DNA from: Tubiluchus corallicola
Taxonomy: Eukaryota; Animalia; Priapulida
Direction: 5' to 3'
Length of the DNA stretch: 64,000 nucleotides
NCBI GenBank assembly: GCA_030141605.1
Contig: JAQGDQ010000394.1
Coordinates: 124,001-188,000, forward strand
Each line of letters starts with the position of its first letter. The stretch's first letter is position 1. Below, one piece after another: positions 38,201 through 50,200 of this stretch. The position numbers and the translations under genes were made by a program. The notes under the pieces are model-generated. The model was not told the origin of the DNA, did no database searches, and saw only the letters and a list, made by a program, of their open reading frames with translations.

Positions 38201-41200
38201 CTAGTTTGTCAAATAAATAAACTAAAACTTGTCGTCTAAATAGCACTGAAGTGACGAAATCAAGCAAACTGATACCAATTTTATGACGAAGGCAATAAAG
38301 TTCATACACAAGTTACAATAAACTTTGAAAACACATTAGTGAAGTTTCATACAAAAAAACCTACCAATCGCAAATAGTTGTGCAGTGTCCCGGTCGGTAT
38401 TAAGGTATCATAAGCCAGATTGTCTAACCGTCCGACGTCAAAGCCGTACAGGTACACAGCTATCAGATCGCTGTCCGTCTCTTGGAGTAATTCCCCGGGA
38501 CTTGCAGTCAACGGGTAGCCAACTTTCCAACGTTTTGTACCTATAATTGTAAAAAAGCAGCTCATAAATTTGCTCAGATACAGCAAAAGTTCATGATCTT
38601 TTTCATGCTATTCTGCCAAGGGTTAATGTAGGTGGTGTGGCAGGACCGGAGCATAACTTATTATAAGGGCTGAGATTAAATGAGTGATATGCGAAACCAC
38701 AAAGAACAATCTCTCTCACAGTTAACCCCATCCACTTACTAAACAATTCTGTTGTAGCTTAACTTTAGTCGCTGGGCACAAACCTTGACAACTGCACTAT
38801 CCCCTCAGCTATTTTAGGTAGAATGGTTTCTAATAAAAGTTTCAATCTTGTCTGGCAATTTCATGAAGTTTTGACAAAAAGTTACTAATTGTTAAAACTT
38901 TTAGATAATGACTTCATACAAAAACAAAGATAATTACTTTTCATGAATTTTAAACTTATTGATCTTTTAAAAGTGTTCATTCAGAATGACACGTTTCAGT
39001 TTTTGTCATTGCTAAACCGACTGCTAGTAAAAAATTTGGATGAATAGAAAAGATAATGGTGTAAAATGAATCACCGTATTCTTATAGCAAACTAATTAAT
39101 TTTCTGAATCTCATATGTAAGGCAAAATTTTTAACACTTCTCTACGATTTCTTCTAGTTACATTCACATTTATTTTGATAATTTAAATTCTAATCTGTTG
39201 ATTTGTAATGAGATTTTGTGCATGTGCATTTTAGTATCATCAGTGCATTAATTATTCCTGGATTTACGATATTGAAAATGACAGTAATAGTGGAAACGCT
39301 CAATAAACAAGTTGATTCCCAGAAGTTTGCTCTTTCATGTATTAAATAGTAATCAATTCATTATGACATTATGCAGCATAGACATTTCTACTTTGTAAAG
39401 AAGATTACCTTGGTAAGACGTGAAGATAACAGCAAATTCCACAGTGTAAATCCAGAAGTTGGCCGCATAACACACTACTCACCTATCGCACACTACTCAC
39501 CTATCACACACTACTCACCTATCACACACTACTCACCTATCGCACACTACTCACCTATCGCACACTCTTTTACACTTTCGAAAGTCAATCCCAGTGTCTC
39601 GTACTCTTGCTCCGCATCGGAACCTCCCTTGCTGGTTCGTCGAGTCTTCACCCCCTCCGATATCGCAGCAAAATGAGCTGCCACTAGATGTCTCAGGCTG
39701 TCCTCCAGCACCTGCCAAGTGGTGGCGCAGTTGATCATCACCGTACCAATGCTCACAGCCGTGTCCGACTTTCCTCCGCAGGCTGTTTCATCCAGTTCAA
39801 CTACCACCATGCACACTCGATCCTCATTGTTGACTAGGATAAACAACAAAAATTAATTTTAACAGACTGAAATTTAAATTCAATTCATTTATGCGACTGA
39901 ATTAGAAAAAAACAAGAAAGCCTACGGTATGACATTTCTACAATGTGAAAGTTCATTACTGACCTGAAAGCCTACAGTATGACATTTCTACAATGTGAAA
40001 GTTGATTACTGACCTGAAAGCCTACAGTATGACATTTCTACAATGTGAAAGTTCATTACTGACCTGAAAGCCTACGGTATGACATTTCTACAATCTGAAA
40101 GTTGATTACTGACCTGAAAGCCTACAGTATGACATTTCTACAATGTGAAAGTTGATTACTGACCTGAAAGCCTACGGTATGACATTTCTACAATCTGAAA
40201 GTTGATTACTGACCTGAAAGCCTACAGTATGACATTTCTACAATGTGAAAGTTGATTACTGACCTGAAAGCCTACAGTATGACATTTCTACAATGTGAAA
40301 GTTGATTACTAACATGAAAGCCTACAGTATGACATTTCTACAATGTGAAAGTTGATTACTGACCTGAAAGCCTACGGTATGATATTTCTACAATGTGAAA
40401 GTTGATTACTGACCTGAAAACCTACAGTATGACATTTCTACAATGTGAAAGTTGATTACTGACCTGAAAGCCTACAGTATGACATTTCTACAATGTGAAA
40501 GTTAATTACTAACATGAAAGCCTACAGTATGACATTTCTACAATGTGAAAGTTGATTACTGACCTGAAAGCCTACAGTATGACATTTCTACAATGTGAAA
40601 GTTGATTACTGACCTGAAAGCCTACAGTATGACATTTCTACAATGTGAAAGTTGATTACTGACCTGAAAGCCTACAGTATGACATTTCTACAATGTGAAA
40701 GTTGATTACTGACCTGAAAGCCTACAGTATGACATTTCTACAATGTGAAAGTTGATTACTGACCTGAAAGCCTACGGTATGACATTTCTACAATGTGAAA
40801 GTTGATTACTGACCTGAAAGCCTACAGTATGACATTTCTACAATGTGAAAGTTGATTACTAACCTGAAAGCCTACAGTATGACATTTCTACAATGTGAAA
40901 GTTGATTACTAACCTGAAAGCCTACGGTATGACATTTCTACAATGTGAAAGTTAATTACTAACATGAAAGCCTACGGTATGACATTTCTACAATGTGAAA
41001 GTTGATTACTAACATGAAAGCCTACGGTATGACATTTCTACAATGTGAAAGTTCATTACTGACCTGAAAGCCTACAGTATGACATTTCTACAATGTGAAA
41101 GTTGATTACTAACCTGAAAGCCTACAGTATGACATTTCTACAATGTGAAAGTTCATTACTGACCTGAAAGCCTACAGTATGACATTTCTACAATGTGAAA

Positions 41201-44200
41201 GTTGATTACTGACCTGAAAGCCTACAGTATGACATTTCTACAATGTGAAAGTTGATTACTAACCTGAAAGCCTACAGTATGACATTTCTACAATGTGAAA
41301 GTTCATTACTGACCTGAAAGCCTACAGTATGACATTTCTACAATGTGAAAGTTGATTACTGACCTGAAAGCCTACAGTATGACATTTCTACAATGTGAAA
41401 GTTGATTACTGACCTGAAAGCCTACAGTATGACATTTCTCCAATGTGAAAGTTGATTACTGACCTGAAAGCCTACAGTATGACATTTCTACAATGTGAAA
41501 GTTGATTACTGACCTGAAAGCCTACAGTATGACATTTCTACAATGTGAAAGTTGATTACTAACCTGAAAGCCTACGGTATGACATTTCTACAATGTGAAA
41601 GTTGATTATTGACCTGAAAGCCTACAGTATGACATTTCTACAATGTGAAAGTTGATTACTGACCTGAAAGCCTACAGTATGACATTTCTACAATGTGAAA
41701 GTTGATTACTGACCTGAAAGCCTACAGTATGACATTTCTACAATGTGAAAGTTGATTACTGACCTGAAAGCCTACAGTATGACATTTCTACAATGTGAAA
41801 GTTGATTACTGACCTGAAAGCCTACAGTATGACATTTCTACAATGTGAAAGTTGATTACAAACCTATACTATGCAGAATCTGTTTACAAGCCGAGGAAGC
41901 CACATCCACCGGTTTCTTCCCTTGTTTATCACGTGCAAGTAAACTAACAAGGCTATGAACATGAAGCACTTCCAAACATTCCTGTAAAATGAAACGATTA
42001 GATTTTAGATTCCAATTTTAATAAGTGATAACTGATTCCACTGATGGATCTGAACCCTATAGTAAAACATTTCAAAAATCATTTTGCTTTTTCATTGAGG
42101 TTGATTTTAACAACGATTACCCATTCTGGGATGAGAGTTGGAGGAAAAAGGGAGGTGATGAAAACTCTGGACTAATGAGGATTTGAAACCAAGACCTAGG
42201 ATTAGTACTCGGTTTCTCAGATCCCAGATTCAAATCCCGACTAGTCTACAATTTTCCAATGTCAGTATCATCAATGCCAATTCAATACCGACGCTGAGAG
42301 AGAAAACACATTTCTGAAATTAATGATGAAGGTAAGTGATGTGCAAGAGATCAAATGACACCTGCTTACAGAAGATAAGCACAGAAGAGGAGAAGTACCA
42401 CATTTTCACCTAAATAATATAACTAAATAGAGGTGCTTGGGATGCTTTTGCAACCATTTCCGGCAGCTGAGGGTTGATGATGTAATAACAGGCACTTGAT
42501 GGCAAACAAAGAAAAAACAAACAAAAAATAAACAAACAATAAACAAACACGAGTCGACTACAAAGAAACAACTGTACGAAAAAAACAAAAACTTGCTTAT
42601 GAAACAGCGGGTTCACGAAGAAGCAGTGCGGTTGAAAACTTGGAAAAGAAAAATTTCTTATTGGACCTCTACCAAAATATTCCAGAAACATTAAATGGAT
42701 AAACTCACCGGTGACTGTTGTAATGCAGCTGCATGCGTCAGTGTCTGACCCATCTCGTCCACTATGTCCGCCAGGGACGACGGCCCTTTGTCAGGTGAGT
42801 AACGAGTGGCAGGAGATTCCGACATTGATACAGATTTCGCTGATGCTTGCTTGTCCTGGGGCTTCCGGTACGGACTTCGGTATGGAATGAACCTACGCAT
42901 ACGTCATTAACAAATGAATCATTATCGGCAAAAACACATAACAAAATACAAGCAACAGTTTCACCAAGTGGTCAGGAAGTAAAAACGATGCTCAAAATCG
43001 ACACATACGTGACTTGACTCGAACCTCTGACCATGTTAATGAAAGCACGGGCATACCTATCCGGAGACTTCCGATTCCAGTGAGAAATAGGATTAAACGT
43101 TGACAGCAGTTTTGCTTGTTTAATGAGCAACTCTAAGCAGTCGGGATGATTCTCCTCTATGGAACAGTGCATGGCAGTGCAACCATTCTGAAATTAAATA
43201 AACAATTTTAAATTTTTATATCTTACATTCTCACAACTGCTACAAAATGACATTAAATTACAAGTTATATGAAAAAATATGCTGCTAAATACATACTAAA
43301 CATAAAGAGGTAAAAACCATCAAAAGTGAAGAAAACGTCACTGTGGAAAAGCTCAGTTTTTAGTATTACCTTAGAGTGAATGTATTGAATGAGGATTGTT
43401 TCAATCACATCGTATATTTTAATTTCAGTGGAATCTGAATAATAAATTAATCACATTGTATTTAGATGTAGATTCACAAGTCTTTGTCACTGTAGCGTGA
43501 ACAACAGATTTAAGTAATATCCTGCCATATATGAAAATTACCCTTTGCCACTGGTTAAAATAAAACATAAGTAACAATTAAAAGCTAACCACCATAGGTA
43601 ACAGCTGCTAGTTTTGCGATATGAATTCTTTACATTACATCATTACTGTTTACTTGCTGCTTTTCAAAGGTATCTCACATTACTGCTAGTTTTGTGATAT
43701 AAATTCCTTACATTACATCATTACTGGTTACTTCCCGTTTTTCAAAGGTATCCCACATTACTGCTAATTTTGTGATATAAATTCCTTACATTACATCATT
43801 ACTGTTTACTTGCTGTTTTTCAAAGATATCCTATATTGCTGACAGTTTCGTGATCTGAATTCCCTACATTATGGCATTAGTGTTTCTTTCCTGTTTTTGT
43901 ATGTTTAGCAAAACTCTCTTCAGACATCTTTATGGAAAAGATAAAAACTGCAATTTCGGGACAAGATTCGCAGTGTCACTAAATGAAAGCTTCCTGTAAT
44001 TAAAGTGACTTTTATTCTTTTCTTGAATTGTATATAATTTACATAAAAATAATTAAATACTTTTTTATCATAAAATTTTGCATCACAGTATAAAATGTTC
44101 TTGCACATTTAATTTCCGAACACCAATGATCATTCTATGGTTCTTGACAACATAAACTACATGCAGTCACCTACCTTGTCTCTGACAATGCACACAGCCG

Positions 44201-47200
44201 GTGCAGCGGACACTAGTAGCTTCACACAATCCACATGTCCAGCTGTGGATGCCAGGTGCAGCGCTGTTTTACCGTTTTGATCCTGTATTGTAGCGTCTGC
44301 TCCAGCATCAACGAGCAACCGAACGCACCTGAAAAAATCACAATGATGTGACTAAGGCCCGGGTCACACAGAGTTGGACATAAAGATTAAACCATAAGGA
44401 AAAAAAGTCGCCTTATGAGAAATGAACGTATGCTAAGCAATGGTCCCTGTCACACAGATACTCCATCTGTCTTCTTCAACCTAACACAGTTTACCCAGCG
44501 TAAGCTATCAGCTAAAATCCTCCTTACAAGCCATTTTGAGTACTTCATAAGTCACTTTATGGCAAAATGAATTTGGCCAATAATTTCGTTTACCATAAGG
44601 CATTTTTAGACAGCGCTATCGAGATAATTAGCTTATTTGCAGTATTTATAGTGTACAATTCATTTATATCATAAGAATTCATAACACTGATGTACTATGA
44701 GCATTAAAAAGCATTTTTAACCCACACATCTTATTTACGACTGCCATATTATTACAATATACGAATATGGTACATGTAGGAGGCAGCATACCAGCATATA
44801 TATATGAAACAATGTTGCAAATTATCCTCCACTTTGCTAAAAATGGGCCTAAAACAGAGTTCTAAACTTACACACAGTAAACCAAGTCTTTCTAGCATTT
44901 AACGTAATGAGCTGCTATTTTCTGTTATGAAAGACACAGCTTTTCATCGCCATTAAATCTTCACATTTTCTTCTAACAACACCGATCACATTGACCGTGC
45001 TGTAACTGAAACACGAAACTTACCTTTCATGTCCATAGAGGGCAGCAGCATGCAATGCCGTTGTACCAGTTGAAGTATAACAGTTAAGATTCGGTTCTTT
45101 CTCAAGCAGAAGTTGTAAAAAAGCTGTAAACAAACAAAGAAACAGATGGAAGTGACAGTAAACAACGCTTATTATAATAGAAGTAAAACAAACATCTTGA
45201 ACATTTCCCACACGAGTTTCAGTTCATCGTAGTGATGATGCTCTTTTAGCCAGCAAAATGCGTGAAGTTTTATTGTAGCAATTAAAAATAGTGCAAAAGT
45301 TAAGCAACGTCAAACCTGCAGGGTAAAGGAATGGGAACACTGCCAATACCACTACCACTACCACTACTATTACTACTGTTATTATTATTATTATAATTAT
45401 ACTGATAAAATTAATGTTGCAATGTATAAGAATAAATTATCATGAGGCAGCAAATGTCTAAACTGTGTTGTTAAGTAGCAACAAATGCAAATTGAATGAA
45501 ATGATTAAATTTTCTTTTAAGTAATACTGTAAATACTTCTTTGTTTTAACCAAATTAAGTTATTCTAAAACACATAAAAGCCTGCAAAATGTCCTCACAT
45601 TCAGCAAAACCCCAGACGGCCCGTAACCCACTGAGGGAGCTAACAGTACTCCTGCACACCTGCTGTATGCTTGATGGGTGGGCCCTTGTGTCATAATTTA
45701 TTAAAAAAAGTGTGCAATGTGAACCCATGTTTTAATACAAAACATAGAAAAAAACGGCCGTGAGCAAAACACTTTTCAAAAGCATACGTTTTAACACAAT
45801 TAATACTGGAAAAGTGTTTCTGATAATTGAATAATAGATTAAAATCTTAATTAACAGTGGGCGAGCCCAACTATTGATGACATCACAAATGAACGTAATT
45901 TCTAACAGCAAAAAAGTGACAGTGACAGTGAAAGTGACAGTGGAGGTGACAGTAAACAACGCTTATTATAATAGAAGTAAAACAAACGTCTTGAACATTT
46001 CCCACACGAGTTTCAGTTCATCATAGTGATGATGCTCTTTTAGCCAGCAAAATGCGTGAAGCTTTATTGTAGCAATTAAAAATAGTGCAAAAGTTAAGCA
46101 ACGTCAATCTAGCAGGGTAAAGGAATGGGAACACTCGAGTTCAATACTTGTGCTAAGTGGATTTAAAATGCCACACAGCCCATGGATGCATATTAGTTTA
46201 CTGAGGAATGTATGAATACCCACTGGGGCAGAGACACCTCCACTGAACCAGTGTCTCACTCTGAATGACAATGAGACATGTCCTGGTCCTGCCACTGCAG
46301 AAAATCATTAGAACACTTTATATTGTACTCACCGTCGTGACCTTTGCTAGCAGCTATGATAAGTGCAGTTGATTTATCATTTCCAAGTGCAACATCAACA
46401 TCTACAGTAGATTCATCTAACAGCGATTTTAGTTTATCAGTATCACCCATATCAGCAGCTAAACACAGAAAATGTTTTGTAAAGTCACCGAAAGATGGAG
46501 GTGAAAGAAACAAGATTGATGATAAAAACTTACTTCTGCAGACAACAGGAACAAAATTATAAGAAAATCATTTAAGCATTTCTTCTTCAGGAGGAAGGTA
46601 AATGTATTAGAGGGGTAATATCCCAAATTCACACAGACACACCAACAAGGAAAAGCAGAAAAAGAAAATAAATAAGTTCATATGAAGTCATTTTGCTTTT
46701 CTAAGACACATGAAACATACATCATCTTTCGATGTTTGTGAATGTGACTTTGGCCCAAGAAGCAATCAAGAAGAGAAGCTGATTGTCCGAGGATAAACTC
46801 TAGTTTTGGACAAAACCCCATCAAGGCGTAATGTGAACTGCCTTTTAAGTGACCACAATAATATTGATAATAATACCTAAACTCAATATTAGCAATAATA
46901 TTGCCAATACTGAATAACTGCAACATTACTGATCATCTACACTCAATACTGAAGTAGAAAATATGTTTCTGCAATACAGTGAGCTCAATGGTTCATGGTA
47001 CAAGCAAAATAAAATAAAAGGAATCTCTTTTTAGAAGTGACAGAAGATTGTTATCGATCTAGAAAACAAAAAGTAATGAAACTGATAACATCGTCAATAA
47101 CAGCCGCTGCAGAAATACTGGGAACGTAGAAAAATACATCAAAGTTAAACACAGCTTGGTCAGTTAACAGACAGATGACCACCATAAGTGCTGCATCTGA

Positions 47201-50200
47201 GCAATTTCGTCAGTCATATACAGTTTGTACGCAGTTTGAGAAAGGTGGCTTTGCAAAAATGGTATGTTCCTTTTCAATATTTTAAAGAATAGACTGCGTC
47301 TGGTTTTCCTTTACTAGGCAAGAGCTAAACTATATTAAGCAATCACTCACCAGTAAACAATAATTGTGTAAGTACAGTTGAGCTATTATCATCATCTACA
47401 CTAGGTGGACCACCTGTAATGATTAAACAATAAGTCACAGAAAGCAAATAAATTAACGAACAAATCATGCATACCAACACTGTAGAATAATCACATTTGT
47501 TAATTGATATCAAAGAACAATTGTGGTATTAAATTAATAAATGTAATAAGCTATATGTATAAATCATGTTTAATTAGTTTGCAATTGGTAGAGCATACTT
47601 TTAATATGCATTTTGGTAGAAAATACTTTTAATATGCATTTCTACAACGAATTAATATGCCATAACTGTGAATAAACATTTGCTAGATATTGCATAAGTT
47701 CCGAACTAATTCAGTTATTCACACTTACGAAATCTCTGTTTGCAAAGAAAATAAGTATCACAATTTGATGTGCCAAGTCAAAGGGAAGTGATTATACTGC
47801 TGCCATTTGAATTATAACAATTCCATAGAACTGTGATGACAAAACAGCATTTTCTGTGCATTTGGGAAAAACAATTAAAAGGTTTGATATGTCATTTGCT
47901 TAATTTCAAAAAGCTAGTTATTATTACACAGGATCTATGTACTATTTTTAATCACATGTCTGTTACACAATAATTCATGAGTAAACTAAAGGGAAAATGA
48001 TTTCTCTCTCTCTCAGTATTGGCACATCACAAACATTTTACCAATTATGTAGTATTAAAATTGCTTTTACTATTAAAATCGCATTTCAAATTAGCCAAGC
48101 AGAAAGCAGGCAGAGAATTTCAAATAAGCAAGGCATTTTTTTATCACAGAACAACTTAGCACAAAAGTTAAAAAAATGTATGTGAAGTGAAGTTTCAATT
48201 GTCAAACATATAATCACATTAACTAAACCTTGAAACTGTTGATTGCCAATGAGTGTGAAACTGTCTACTCCCTTTTCTCTTCATTAGTTACTGTTGTACC
48301 TTCTGCTGTTGTTCACTGTGGGTTCATTTTGACAAACATGTTCAAGAGAAACTTAGGGTGTCCATACAATAATGGGATTAGGAAACTTAAATGAAATTGC
48401 AATGCATCTCAGATGTGTGTAGATTTATCTTTTCCATATTTCATCCACATACAATGCAGGTGTTATTATCAATTGCTCACAAGAATTATGCAATCTGTGC
48501 TGATTGCAAATGACTCTGATGTGCGGGGCATACATCGAAATTTTCTTGTTTGTGGGCATCCTCCTCATTTGGTCTGGGTAGTTTTTGATACCTTTTTGTT
48601 GTTGCAGAGTTAGTAAAGATAGCATTTTTGTACAGTAGACTCATTGTATATATTTAGTAATTCATCTTTTTATTCTATTATAATTATGGTAATTTTAATG
48701 CTGAAATAAAAGGATTGAATTCAGTTTGAATTAATCAAAGTTAATTTAGATTAATAAACTTACTACAATTACAATATTACAATTAACAAACTAATCTCAT
48801 GATATAATGACTGTTTTCGTTCTCACATTGTTTAACATTGTAAATTTGCTAACAGGAAGTAGCCCATTGTCTTTAACGAGAGTTTCTCCAAAGCCTTGCT
48901 CATTAGAAGTTCTCTGCTGTACTTTATACCGAGTCCAGGCTTCACTAGTCAATAATGAGTCATTGTGCAAGCAACATTGTGAACAAAAACAGCAGGTGTT
49001 CAATTTGACAACATGCAACAAACCCCCAATGATTAGTGTAGCAGCTCTAATTTCATCAACTATAACAGCATCTGTGCTCTCAATACAAGCTCCGTTAATT
49101 ACATTCGTCTTAATTTTCAAATTCTTTATTAATGATGGCATAAAGCAAAAATGCCAAGTTTAGTCCATCATTAAATTGTCTATTCAATTGTTTCTACACA
49201 GTAATAATTAAAAAACAATAAATAAACAAGTCATGCACTAACAGTGGTAAACAACAAAGGCAAGTGAACAAAGAAAAGCATTCAGAAACACACAAATCAA
49301 CATCGGGACACAAAAGTGACTTTATGATGAAGGAAAAATGTCAAAACTAAAACAACTTTAATAAAGAGACTTTAGCAAATGTGAAAGCTAAAATTCCAGC
49401 AAGTTTTACCTAGGAAAAAATAAAAAGATAATGAGAAATTACTCATGCACATAGCAATTCAATTGAATCACATCTAGTGCAGCACGGTCATTCCATATCC
49501 ATGATTAGAGGAAAAATTTAAAAAAAATCGCTATGAAAAAAGTAGCACGTTTGGTCAGTATGTGTTTCTGAGAAAATGATAATTTAGCTTTCTTACTGCG
49601 ATGTTTTTATATATAAACATCAAGTTATTTTAGCAGTTTTTTCTGGAAATAATCCAACATATTAATAAAAATGTTCGAGGGCAACTATTTCTTTACTTTA
49701 TTTCTTTATTTTATTTCTTTACTAACTGACATAAAATAGGCAATCTTTTTCCGGTTCGAATGAAATCATTGTCGGTGCTTTCAAAAACTAATCAAAAATG
49801 TTACAAATTTCTTGCATAAGAGTACTTTCTTCCTATCAGTTGACAAAAAAAGGTAAAACTTGGCCATTTTTCAACAATGAACTCGTGACATTGCAACCTT
49901 TCCAAAAAAACTGTTAGTTAAAAATTAGTACCGTAACCACAAATGTTATTGTGTTAGTAACACATGACAAAGACGACCAGTTAGTGCTAATATTCATTTG
50001 TTAGTTGAAAAAAGGATTTTTGGTTAGAACAGTTTGCGAAACAGATAACGGGGCAGCTCAGACAGGAGACAGCCTTTTGTTTACCTGTAACCATGGATAC
50101 CAAAAGTTGCTGCAGGTCGGCTAACTCAGGGCCGAATATGTCGAGGTTGGCGCCATCACTGTCATCAGTGGCGCCATCACCCACCTGTGTAGACGCTTTC

